IMG/VR virus record: IMGVR_UViG_3300047160_010363 | Location: 1-64,000 of that record | Length of the DNA stretch: 64,000 nucleotides | Direction: 5' to 3' (one strand) | Origin: a virus | Shown: positions 1-8,403 of the stretch, piece after piece | How the letters are laid out: the number at the start of each line of letters is the position of its first letter | Position numbering within the stretch: the first letter of the stretch is position 1 | Notes under the pieces: model-generated | Databases searched by the model: none | What the model saw: the letters and a program-made list of their open reading frames with translations, nothing else | What the model was told of the DNA's origin: nothing | Position numbers and translations under genes: made by a program

Positions 1-573
1 AGCACGAGCAACAGCACGACCAGCAGCACGACCAGCACCAGGAGCGACAGCAGCACCAGCAGCATCACGAGCGACAGCAGCATCACGAGCGACAGCAGCA
101 GCACGAGCGACAGCACGAGCAGCATCAGCATCATCAGCAGCAGCACCACCAGCAGCATCAGCAGCAGCAGCAGCAGCACGACCAGCACGTCTAACTCTGG
201 TAATTATCTGTGAGTAGTCTGCGTCATCCGGCAGACGCCGCAAAAGTTCAAACTCCGGCAAAGAGGATGCTAAAGGGACGACGCATCGTGCCGTTTCGAG
301 TACTATAGTGTGCAGTCGAGTGGCTTCGGAGGCAGGATCACGATTTCCTACAACGCGCAGGATATAAGGCTTCAGGAGATGTCTAACGTCGTCTGGCATA
401 CTGTCGTTCAAGCCGATTCCATAACTGCGTATTACAGGGCATGAGCACGGTGGATTGTCGCCGATACGACCGTAGACCAACCACATGCCAGCGTCGAACA
501 GACATGCACCATTTCGTGGATGATCAGTAGCTCCTTTACGGAGAGGATACTTCCAAATGTCGGTGATATTCAT
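1..573 (-). CDS. Hypothetical phage protein with Ala-rich low-complexity tail; runs off window edge (not in ORF track)
   Basis: Hand translation from ATG at 573: MNITDIWKYPLRKG...GACLFDAG...DNPPCSCPVI...LND...; from about 190 the frame is GCT-dominated (RAAAAADAAGG...). Confidence 0.8.
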   Translation of the reverse strand, partial: MNITDIWKYPLRKGATDHPRNGACLFDAGMWLVYGRIGDNPPCSCPVIRSYGIGLNDSMPDDVRHLLKPYILRVVGNRDPASEATRLHTIVLETARCVVPLASSLPEFELLRRLPDDADYSQIITRVRRAGRAAAAAADAAGGAAADDADAARAVARAAAVARDAAVARDAAGAAVAPGAGRAAGRAVARA

Positions 574-576
574 TTT

Positions 577-765
577 TTATGACTCCTCCTCTATTGGTTC
601 GCAGTGCGAGTAGTTGGGGTCTGTCAGCACCTCCGGGCGGAATCCGGCTAGTCGGCGACGCTCGCAGCGGTCGCAGACGTAAGTGAGGAATATGTTGCGC
701 GCGTCATACGTAGCACGACGACGGAGGCCAGAGCCGCAGGGACACGCTTTGTCAAAACGATCCAT
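577..765 (-). CDS. Small Cys-rich (SEC-C/zinc-finger-like) early protein
   Basis: CPCGSG...CDRC; ACCAGAGGA leader upstream. Confidence 0.75.
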   Translation of the reverse strand: MDRFDKACPCGSGLRRRATYDARNIFLTYVCDRCERRRLAGFRPEVLTDPNYSHCEPIEEES

Positions 766-787
766 GAGGGTCTATCCTCTGGTAAGG

Positions 788-994
788 TTAATCGAACCGC
801 AGTGATCTTACGCGGTCTCGCGACGGAAGTAAACCGAAAAGTTCGGCGTCTTCGTCGTGTTGCATGCGTGCAACTCGTTGGGCGTCGACGAGATCCCAAG
901 AGTCGGGATCGGCCCAGTCAGGGTCAGGCACACGGTCCTCGGTTGTGAAGATAGGGCGATTGCGGGGAACGTAGTGCTGATGTGGTACAGGCAT
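788..994 (-). CDS. Hypothetical early protein
   Basis: AACCAGAGGAG leader at 1003-1013 favours ATG 994 (MPVPHQHY...). Confidence 0.6.
   Translation of the reverse strand: MPVPHQHYVPRNRPIFTTEDRVPDPDWADPDSWDLVDAQRVARMQHDEDAELFGLLPSRDRVRSLRFD
805..833 (-). promoter_or_regulatory. Sigma70-like early promoter P1
   Basis: TTTACT-N17-TAAGAT, same family as P2-P4. Confidence 0.7.
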
Positions 995-1011
995 GGGTGA
1001 TACTCCTCTGG

Positions 1012-1281
1012 TTAGGTCAATAAATGGCGCTTGATGCGATCGTTTACGGGCATTGAATTGCTGGCCACGGGACTGTCCCACGTGGCGCGTAAATCACCAG
1101 CACGACCTACGAACCAGTATTGCTTGTGAGCAATAGGTCTAGAGATGATAGTATCTTTATCACCACGGGTGAACACTATGTCCAGCCGAAGGCAAGTGTA
1201 CTTGCTGGAGCGCGTAGTGACTGGAGTAGCGCCTAACGCGCGTAGGGCGGCAACGAGGCGGTCGTGCTGAGTGGCGGTCAT
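1012..1281 (-). CDS. Hypothetical early protein
   Basis: AGGA SD then ATG (MTATQHDRL...); tiles between neighbours. Confidence 0.65.
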   Translation of the reverse strand: MTATQHDRLVAALRALGATPVTTRSSKYTCLRLDIVFTRGDKDTIISRPIAHKQYWFVGRAGDLRATWDSPVASNSMPVNDRIKRHLLT

Positions 1282-1289
1282 TTGCGATC

Positions 1290-1811
1290 CTATGCGGCCA
1301 GACGTTGGGCTAGACGGTCTGCCAATGGTGCTGTGCTGGTTTGCCAGGGCACGCCCAAGCGGTCGGCACACTCTGGGCCCAAGCCAGTGTCTATGCTTTC
1401 AGGCACTGTCAGCCGTCGGCCACAGCGGCCACAACGACCCTCGTGACGCACCTCCAGCAGCGGAGGCATCACGCCGGCTGCCAGCACACGCTGAACGAAG
1501 AAGCGGAACGCGGCAATGGGTTTGGCGTCGGCGGGTAGCCGAGATTTTTGGGTGAGATCGAACCGGGGACCTGCGAGCGTGATGCGCAGGGAGCCGATGT
1601 AGGTGTAATCGGCATCATTGTCCGGACCACTGAGCAGACTGACAAAATAAAGTGTCGGGTGCTCAGTTCGCTTGCCTCGGTCCTTCGCAGCGACGACCGA
1701 GTATGTGTAGCGCTGCCCGGTTACGCGGGAGGTTAGCGTGAGGACTGCGTCGCCGGCGAGTACAAAGCGAGACGCGTCAGCAGCGGTGGCGAGGGTATGA
1801 TGGTGGGTCAT
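1290..1811 (-). CDS. DUF6011-like protein (C-terminal zinc ribbon)
   Basis: CGRCGRRLTVPESIDTGLGPECA motif; ATGA overlap with upstream gene. Confidence 0.8.
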   Translation of the reverse strand: MTHHHTLATAADASRFVLAGDAVLTLTSRVTGQRYTYSVVAAKDRGKRTEHPTLYFVSLLSGPDNDADYTYIGSLRITLAGPRFDLTQKSRLPADAKPIAAFRFFVQRVLAAGVMPPLLEVRHEGRCGRCGRRLTVPESIDTGLGPECADRLGVPWQTSTAPLADRLAQRLAA

Positions 1812-2041
1812 GACTGCTCGCCCCAATAACGATTGTGCCGCTCTAGCGACAAGTCAAAGTCATCGTATTGGGGAGTCGCGTGACGGGCAAACTTATATGC
1901 GCGGGAATTTGAGAGCGCTCCGTCCATCGTGTAGAAATCGACAATAATACGCGCGCCGGTATCCTGGTCGATCTCACTGAAGACTGCAGTAACGTACTTA
2001 CTCGTGCCGCTATCGTCGCGCTTTTCAGCACTGCGGTTCAT
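1808..2041 (-). CDS. Hypothetical early protein
   Basis: AACCAGAGGAG leader at 2048-2058. Confidence 0.7.
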   Translation of the reverse strand: MNRSAEKRDDSGTSKYVTAVFSEIDQDTGARIIVDFYTMDGALSNSRAYKFARHATPQYDDFDLSLERHNRYWGEQS

Positions 2042-2068
2042 GAGATTCTCCTCTGGTTGGTATCTGTT

Positions 2069-2332
2069 TTAAAGGGTCACAAAGCGGCAACGTTGGCCAC
2101 GGCTGTTCTTGCCATCAAGGATGGTGAACCCTAGATCAGTTATATCCTCCTCGCGAAGCCGCACAAAGCGTGCCCGCTGGTCATGCAGGTTCGCGTCGTC
2201 CGAAGCCCATTTGAGGAGAAAGCTGAGAGATTGACCCTGGTGCCGTCCGCCATGATCATCGGCGTAGATTTCGTTTAAATGACTTAAAATAGCGGTCTCG
2301 GCCTTTTCGCGGGCTTTTGGGGTGAAGTACAT
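2069..2332 (-). CDS. Hypothetical early protein
   Basis: Promoter P2 and AACCAGAGGAG leader directly upstream of ATG 2332. Confidence 0.75.
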   Translation of the reverse strand: MYFTPKAREKAETAILSHLNEIYADDHGGRHQGQSLSFLLKWASDDANLHDQRARFVRLREEDITDLGFTILDGKNSRGQRCRFVTL

Positions 2333-2358
2333 TTTTGCTCCTCTGGTTGACAAGGATG

Positions 2359-2417
2359 ATCATAATCGCATCCGCGACGGAAGTAAACAAAAAAGTGATG
2401 GGTCGATGACAATTTTT
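2359..2417 (-). promoter_or_regulatory. Sigma70-like early promoter P2 with conserved upstream element
   Basis: TTTACT-N17-TATGAT; upstream AAAAATTGTCATCGACCCATCACTTTTTTG, similar in P3 and P4. Confidence 0.8.
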
Positions 2418-2853
2418 AGATCCCGAGGCGAGTCGAAACCATCTCGCGGACCGCGGGTGCGGGTGGCGCTATGCCATGGCGGTCGTCGCGGTCCGGACCC
2501 AAGAGGGTCATGCCCCATAAAGGGCGGAACTCGGCGTCGCCGATATGCGGGAGGGCACCGGTGTACGTCCCGGCCCATGCGGTCGGTCCGGAGGCGGAGA
2601 CATAAACGCCTCGGGTCGGGTCGCGCGGGTCACCACAGAACGCTATCAGGTCGCGGGTGCGGCCGTCGTGAACCGAGTCGACCGTCCACCTCCCACGGCG
2701 AGAGCGCATATATGCCTCCCACACAGCGTAGTCAGGTGATGTTCGACCTGAGGCGGAACGATGCGTTGGGGCGGAGATAACGACCGGATGGAATAGAGCA
2801 CGGATGACGCGGCGGCCCGCGTAACGTGGGGAGGGACGGCTCATGAGAGGCAC
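2416..2853 (-). CDS. Hypothetical protein
   Basis: ORF track; GGAG SD; overlaps upstream stop. Confidence 0.55.
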   Translation of the reverse strand: MPLMSRPSPRYAGRRVIRALFHPVVISAPTHRSASGRTSPDYAVWEAYMRSRRGRWTVDSVHDGRTRDLIAFCGDPRDPTRGVYVSASGPTAWAGTYTGALPHIGDAEFRPLWGMTLLGPDRDDRHGIAPPAPAVREMVSTRLGI

Positions 2854-3083
2854 TCCTTAAGACGTCCCAACAAGGAATAGATACGGTCAGCCACGACATG
2901 CATCGGCGCGTCGATTATCTCGGTCTCACGGCACGAGCTGAACCGGACCAGCACACCGTCATCGGTATCAATCAAGGCGGCATAAACCTCGGACTCTTCT
3001 GGTTGAACGATCAAGGGATGGCGGCGTATCGGACCGACACAGTTCGCTAGCTGGCGGTCTATGACGATGAAACCCTTTGACAT
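2841..3083 (-). CDS. Hypothetical protein
   Basis: GAGGAG SD; operon tiling. Confidence 0.6.
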   Translation of the reverse strand: MSKGFIVIDRQLANCVGPIRRHPLIVQPEESEVYAALIDTDDGVLVRFSSCRETEIIDAPMHVVADRIYSLLGRLKECLS

Positions 3084-3089
3084 CTAGAT

Positions 3090-3575
3090 TTACTCCTCGA
3101 GTGCCAAAGAGGGATTATAACTGAAGCGCATATCTACAGGTTCGCCTTGACGGTCGTCGTCTTGGTCGAGCGCTCTCTTGACCAGTTCCGGACTAGCCAC
3201 GACAGTGCGACTGCCACAGGATAGAATAATGGGACGCTTGGGCGCGTTTGGCCGGCAACCAATGATTTGGTAATTTTTGCCCTCTATCCGCACAGTACGT
3301 CCGAGATCGTCGTGCTTAAAACCGAATAGAGAAGCAAACTGCTTGAATGCTAGTGCAGCTGGAGTGTCTACCTGGCCGTCTGCTGCGATAACGCCGGCTT
3401 CCAGTTTAAACAAGCATGTAGTTTCAGTGAAACGCGCCGAGCCGCACGTTATCTTTATGCCGTGTTTCTCACCAACTGTAGCGAGTGCTGCATCAATCTC
3501 GGCACGAAGAGAACGGATGGAGGCTTTGTTAAAACAATCCAAACGTATGTCGGGGGTTGGGACGAGACGGTTCAT
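3090..3575 (-). CDS. Hypothetical early protein
   Basis: Promoter P3 and AACCAGAGGAGG leader give start 3575, not 3719. Confidence 0.75.
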   Translation of the reverse strand: MNRLVPTPDIRLDCFNKASIRSLRAEIDAALATVGEKHGIKITCGSARFTETTCLFKLEAGVIAADGQVDTPAALAFKQFASLFGFKHDDLGRTVRIEGKNYQIIGCRPNAPKRPIILSCGSRTVVASPELVKRALDQDDDRQGEPVDMRFSYNPSLALEE

Positions 3576-3602
3576 GATGGCCTCCTCTGGTTGACAAGGG
3601 TG

Positions 3603-3661
3603 ATCATACGCTCGGTTCTCGGAGAAGTAAACAAAAAAATGATGGGCGGATGACGATTTTT
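3603..3661 (-). promoter_or_regulatory. Sigma70-like early promoter P3
   Basis: TTTACT-N17-TATGAT plus shared upstream element. Confidence 0.8.
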
Positions 3662-3693
3662 CGCGGACGTGGTTAATCATCTGGTTAAGTGTT

Positions 3694-4005
3694 TTATGTC
3701 GGTGGGTCGTGCCCAACATGGAGCTCGCCGGTGATAGGACATCGCAGGATGTGAATAATACGTCGGCGGTCGGCTAAAGTATCACCGCGCTCATATATGT
3801 TAGCAGTTATGATCAGCCTCCCTACACAGGACTTCCATCCCAAAGATTTAAGGGCTGTATGTATGGAAGCAGTCCGCGGGTCTCTAGATTTTAAACCAAA
3901 TGCTCTACGGAGATCAATCAGATCAAATCTGCCTTGGATGTCACCAAAGGCTATAGACAGCACGTTTGTCCACTGTTTGACCATTGCTGGACTAGCATAA
4001 AACAT
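3694..4005 (-). CDS. Hypothetical protein (possible winged helix)
   Basis: ORF divergent from 4084; IHTALKSLGW pattern. Confidence 0.5.
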   Translation of the reverse strand: MFYASPAMVKQWTNVLSIAFGDIQGRFDLIDLRRAFGLKSRDPRTASIHTALKSLGWKSCVGRLIITANIYERGDTLADRRRIIHILRCPITGELHVGHDPPT

Positions 4006-4083
4006 AAAGTTTATCCCGCTCTTTTTTATTTAATGACGATTTAATTTATTATATAATGGCTGCGATGTAAAGCGGGGTAGATA
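4006..4083. promoter_or_regulatory. AT-rich divergent promoter region
   Basis: TATAAT on the + strand; TTTACA-N17-TAAATT on the - strand; between divergent genes. Confidence 0.5.
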
Positions 4084-4347
4084 ATGAGTGCTCGGCTAGT
4101 TTTCACGGATGAGATTACAGCACGTATAGGAGTCAGTTACACTGTGCTGCTAGGCTACGTCAAACGTGGCGTGCTGGCCCAGCCTAAAGTGATTTCTGGA
4201 CGACTGGCCTGGACTGAAGAGGATGTAACCCAGTTTATCGCATCTTTGCCTCGGGTGCACCCGCGTGGTCGCGGTCGCCCACGCGGTGTCAAAAATGGCC
4301 AGGGGAGGGGCAAAGGTAATGGCTACGCTATGGAGAATTTACCGTAA
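4084..4347 (+). CDS. AlpA/excisionase-like HTH DNA-binding protein with AT-hook
   Basis: EITARIGVSYTVL...PKVISGRLAW; RGRGRPRG. Confidence 0.7.
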   Translation: MSARLVFTDEITARIGVSYTVLLGYVKRGVLAQPKVISGRLAWTEEDVTQFIASLPRVHPRGRGRPRGVKNGQGRGKGNGYAMENLP

Positions 4348-4358
4348 GAGCGCGGTAA

Positions 4359-6605
4359 ATGATCACTTTAGACGACCTCGCACCGCTCTCTATTTGGGTT
4401 AGGTGGCGAGCAAACCCAGTTGGTAATAATGGGGCAACGACCAAGGTCCCTTATACTGTCACAGGATATCAGGCTGCTACAAATGATCCTACCAACTGGG
4501 CCACAAAAGACGAGGTGCTGGCAGGGATTACAGTCGGGCCCACCTCCGGTGTCGGCGTTGTTTTCGTAGAGTTGCCCTGTGGATTGCTGCTATGTGGGGT
4601 AGACCTTGACACCTGTATAGTGGGTCAGACTCTTGAGTCCTGGGCCCACGAGATAATAGAGCGCTTCGCCACATACACGGAGGTTTCTCCTTCTGGCAAA
4701 GGAGTTAAATCGCTATTCCTGGTTGACCCAGACGTTGCTGCTATATTCAAGCGCTCTAGTGGTACTACTGTCTGGCGCCAGCGAAGCTCTCCTGAAGAGC
4801 ACAAACCGGCAATAGAGCTATATCTCTCTGGCCGCTATTTCGCAGTCACTGGGTGTCAGATAGGCACAATAAGTGAAATCCGTCAAGTTGGATTAGCTGA
4901 GCTAGAATGGCTGGCTCGCGAGAGTGGTCCTCGATTCCTTGGGCGCTCGCCCACAAGAACAACTAATGGTCATTCTGACGCAGAAGACGCCAAAATAACT
5001 CTGGAAGATCTGGCAGCTGCGTTCCAGTTGATACCAAATTTGGAGGACGGCTGGGAGATCTGGGCGACCAGAGGCATGGCTATCTGGCGCATTAGTGGCG
5101 GTAGCGAAGAGGGTTACGAGATCTTTCGTGAGTGGTCAGAGAGAGCGCTCTGCTATGATGCGTCAGCGACAAGAGAGCGTTGGGTGCACTGGTCGCGGTC
5201 TCCGCCTAGCTTAGTAAGAGCGACTTCCGTGCTGCGATGGGCACGTGAGATAGAACCAGGATGGATACCTCCGAGCTGGCGCACTTCAGCAGAGTCACCA
5301 GCTTTTTCTGACGATTGGCTAGCATTGCGTTTCGTAGACGCACACGTGGTTGATGCACGGTACACAGCGCAACGCGGGAAATGGCACTATTGGGACACTC
5401 AACGGTGGGCGACTGACGAACGAGGGAAAGTGTCTAGCTGGGCGCGTATCTATTGTCGCGAGGCAGCTCGAGAAAGTAACAAGGGTCGCAGGCAGCTGAC
5501 TAGCTCGTCTACGCTCTCAAATGTGCTACGCATGGCCCAAGTAGACCAACGCATAGCGATGCTATCTGCTGCGTGGGACAGTGACCCCTGGCTGCTCGCT
5601 ACACCGAGTGGCACAGTAGACCTCAAGACTGGTAGGCTGCGCGAAGCCGAGCCTAACGACTATATCAGCCGACAAACCGCAGTGGCTCCTTCAGGTGAAG
5701 CCACTCGCTGGCTCAGGTTTTTAGCGGAAGCAACACAGGAAGACCAAGAATTACAGAAGTTCTTGCAGCGCGTGGCTGGTTATTGCCTTACGGGTCTAGT
5801 GCGTGAGGAAGCGATGTTCTTCTTCTACGGTACTGGTGGCAATGGCAAAGGCACGTTTCTGGAGTCTCTGCTCTATGCTATGGGGGAATATGGCACAACT
5901 GTGGCTATGGGCACTCTAGTGCAAGCGAAAGGCCATGAACATCCCACAGAAATAGCCAAGTTACTTGGATCAAGGTTAGCTGTGGCCCAAGAGACAGAAG
6001 AGGGAGCTCGCTGGAACATCGCTAAGATAAAAACATTGACAGGTGCTGACAGGCTAACAGCACGTTTTATGCGGCAAGATTATTTCGAGTTTGAGCCCAC
6101 TCATAAGCTCATCGCTAGCGGCAATCGCAAGCCCGCATTGGGACGTGTGGACCCGGCGATCAAAAGGCGAATGAATTTGATATTATTCACTGCTTCATTC
6201 GTTGGTCGCGAGGACACAAAACTCAAGGCAGCGTTGCGTAACGAGGCTGGTGGTATATTAGGGTGGGCTATAGAGGGATGTTTGGAGTGGCAGAGAGTGG
6301 GGTTAGCGCCTCCTAATGTAGTTACAGCAGCGACAGACGAATATCTTCACGACCAAGACGACACTCAGGTGTGGATAGAAGAGTGCTGTGTTGCGGGACG
6401 CGGATTCAAAATTTCAACGAAAGAGCTGTTCGCGTCTTGGGCTCGATGGTGCGAAAGCAATGGAGCTTATGTAGGGTCGCGTAAAGCATTTGTTGAGGTG
6501 CTTAAAGGCAAGGGATATACGATGAAACCAGGGACAGACAATATGACAATCGTGGATGGGTTAGGGATTGCGCTGGATGAGCAACTGTTTGGACCGCGGA
6601 ATTAA
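4359..6605 (+). CDS. Primase-polymerase / PriCT-2 / D5-like SF3 helicase (P4 family)
   Basis: GVDLD, TEVSPSGKG, IELY..RYF; Trp-rich PriCT-2; Walker A GTGGNGKGT; IKTLTGADRLTAR. Confidence 0.93.
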   Translation: MITLDDLAPLSIWVRWRANPVGNNGATTKVPYTVTGYQAATNDPTNWATKDEVLAGITVGPTSGVGVVFVELPCGLLLCGVDLDTCIVGQTLESWAHEIIERFATYTEVSPSGKGVKSLFLVDPDVAAIFKRSSGTTVWRQRSSPEEHKPAIELYLSGRYFAVTGCQIGTISEIRQVGLAELEWLARESGPRFLGRSPTRTTNGHSDAEDAKITLEDLAAAFQLIPNLEDGWEIWATRGMAIWRISGGSEEGYEIFREWSERALCYDASATRERWVHWSRSPPSLVRATSVLRWAREIEPGWIPPSWRTSAESPAFSDDWLALRFVDAHVVDARYTAQRGKWHYWDTQRWATDERGKVSSWARIYCREAARESNKGRRQLTSSSTLSNVLRMAQVDQRIAMLSAAWDSDPWLLATPSGTVDLKTGRLREAEPNDYISRQTAVAPSGEATRWLRFLAEATQEDQELQKFLQRVAGYCLTGLVREEAMFFFYGTGGNGKGTFLESLLYAMGEYGTTVAMGTLVQAKGHEHPTEIAKLLGSRLAVAQETEEGARWNIAKIKTLTGADRLTARFMRQDYFEFEPTHKLIASGNRKPALGRVDPAIKRRMNLILFTASFVGREDTKLKAALRNEAGGILGWAIEGCLEWQRVGLAPPNVVTAATDEYLHDQDDTQVWIEECCVAGRGFKISTKELFASWARWCESNGAYVGSRKAFVEVLKGKGYTMKPGTDNMTIVDGLGIALDEQLFGPRN

Positions 6606-6679
6606 GTTCATTAAGTTCATAAGGTTTGTCCCTCCCGCGTGTGCGTGGATATAACCTTACAAAGTTAATGAACTTAATT
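6600..6679. repeat. 15-bp perfect inverted repeat with direct repeats; candidate replication origin
   Basis: AATTAAGTTCATTAA (6600-6614) / TTAATGAACTTAATT (6665-6679); TTAAGTTCA twice. Confidence 0.65.
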
Positions 6680-6763
6680 CTGGGCCGGTTGGTGATACGT
6701 GACTAAATTCCCAGTTTGGGTTAATAACGATTGGTAAATGACTGAAAACAATGAAGCGGAGTT

Positions 6764-7312
6764 TTGATGGTGTACAATTGGCATGTCGTAATCAGCATTC
6801 CAGGGCAAGTTTTCAGGGCGTTAGAGGCATTAAATGAGATAGAATCTGTTGCTGATACGTGTTGCCCTATTCGGGCTGCTGTTTCGTTTCACAAAGGGCG
6901 ACAGTCGATTTATCGGTACCCTTATCTGGGCCCACTGGTGCTGGCCAAATGGGTAACTGATGATTCACAAGTTTGGCATAAGATCAATTCTTTGATATCT
7001 ATTTATGGCATTCTTGGCGGATGGCCACCACGAACAGTATCAGATGAAGCAGTGTCAGTGATGCTGACACGTATACAAGAGATAGAGCTGAAAGGTGACG
7101 TGGTAGAGGCACCGTGCCAACCGGGCGACATTGTACGTTTTACACATCTTTCGTTTTTACGTATAATTGCACGTTGTCTTTGGGTTGACGTAAAGGGCCA
7201 GACAGCTGGTTTGCGTTTGAGGATGTTAGGTTATGACCAGATAGTAGCTGTACCCTGGGAGGCGATTTTGTCTGGGGATAATGATACAAAGAGAGGAGCA
7301 GCAGTGTTATAA
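6764..7312 (+). CDS. NusG-like (NGN + KOW) late antiterminator
   Basis: WHVV..PG, YPYLG, GILGG.P..VSD, PGDIVRF; directly upstream of late genes. Confidence 0.7.
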   Translation: MMVYNWHVVISIPGQVFRALEALNEIESVADTCCPIRAAVSFHKGRQSIYRYPYLGPLVLAKWVTDDSQVWHKINSLISIYGILGGWPPRTVSDEAVSVMLTRIQEIELKGDVVEAPCQPGDIVRFTHLSFLRIIARCLWVDVKGQTAGLRLRMLGYDQIVAVPWEAILSGDNDTKRGAAVL

Positions 7313-7611
7313 AATATCGCTTTACAAAAGTGTAAATCTGTAATAATGAAATTTCAGCGCCTTGTGTCGCTAATCCGGACGTGCTGGAGGTTAATCCTCC
7401 TAACCCAAGTTCCGGTGGGATTGGATCGCGTTTGTTACAAAATGCGAGCAAGTTGCGAAGCATTCCGTAACGATTGGATGGATACTATTCGGAAGAGCGC
7501 GAGAGAAAGTGGCTTGATGTTGGAAAGCCAGCCCACTAGGTGGGGTAAATTATACCCATGGCGGTCTGATCAACTGCTTCGTGCACCTGGGCTTTTCCGA
7601 ATAGTATTCAG

Positions 7612-8391
7612 ATGCGTCGTCGTGCATTAACTACCAAAGACTCTTACGATCCAGTAAAGCTGAATCGGTTCGCTGAAGAGTATCTGCTTGATCTTGATCC
7701 CGCTCAGGCAGCTCTACGCGTTGGATTGCCAGAGCATCACGGTGCGCGTATACTGGCTCGTCCTGATGTTCAAACTAAGGTACGTTTAGCTCGTTTACGT
7801 CGCCAGTCTCACACTGAGATCTATGCTGATGCAGTACTTAGGCGCTGGTGGCAACTGGCCACTGCTGATGCACGTGAGATTACGTCTGTTCATCGTGTTA
7901 ATTGTCGCCATTGCCACGGCCACGACCACCGTTATCAGTTCACTGTTGATGAGCTGCGTACTGCGCGTCAGAGACATGAAATCGCGCAGAGAGAGCTTCC
8001 ACCAGGTACTGGCACTCCATTTGATGATCTTGGTGGTGACGGATTTGATGTCTGGGGTGACCCTGACCCAGAGTGTACAGAGTGCGGTGGTAAAGGATTG
8101 CCTCAAGTTTGGGTTGCTGATATGAGGCAGCTCAGTCCTGGCGCAGTACTGCTTTACGATGGTGTTGATGTTAGTCGCGACGGGACTATCCGTGTTAAGC
8201 ACCGTGACAGAAACTGGGCGGATCAAATGGTTGCCGGCCATTTGGGGATCTCGGTAAAGGGTAATTCTCGTGAGCCCACTCCGCTAGATCCAGCACAAAT
8301 GTCAGACGAGCAGCTTGAGGTCACCATTGCTGCGTTCAAGCGCGTTGGCATTATAGATGAAGAAGTGGAAGAATTGGAGCGGGTTGAGTAA
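7612..8391 (+). CDS. terS: Terminase small subunit with Zn-finger insertion
   Basis: RFAEEYLLDLDPAQAALRVG; CRHC...PECTECGG.G; precedes TerL. Confidence 0.85.
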   Translation: MRRRALTTKDSYDPVKLNRFAEEYLLDLDPAQAALRVGLPEHHGARILARPDVQTKVRLARLRRQSHTEIYADAVLRRWWQLATADAREITSVHRVNCRHCHGHDHRYQFTVDELRTARQRHEIAQRELPPGTGTPFDDLGGDGFDVWGDPDPECTECGGKGLPQVWVADMRQLSPGAVLLYDGVDVSRDGTIRVKHRDRNWADQMVAGHLGISVKGNSREPTPLDPAQMSDEQLEVTIAAFKRVGIIDEEVEELERVE

Positions 8392-8403
8392 AAGTGCGCT
8401 GTC

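Noticed and set aside
3576-3719. N-terminal extension of ORF 3090..3719 (likewise 47563..48456 and 21454..22281)
   Set aside because: Extensions run through promoter or leader DNA or the upstream gene; better SD-linked starts lie downstream
7346-7630. 94-aa ORF upstream of TerS
   Set aside because: No SD or motif; overlaps a hairpin-rich putative leader; not excluded but unsupported
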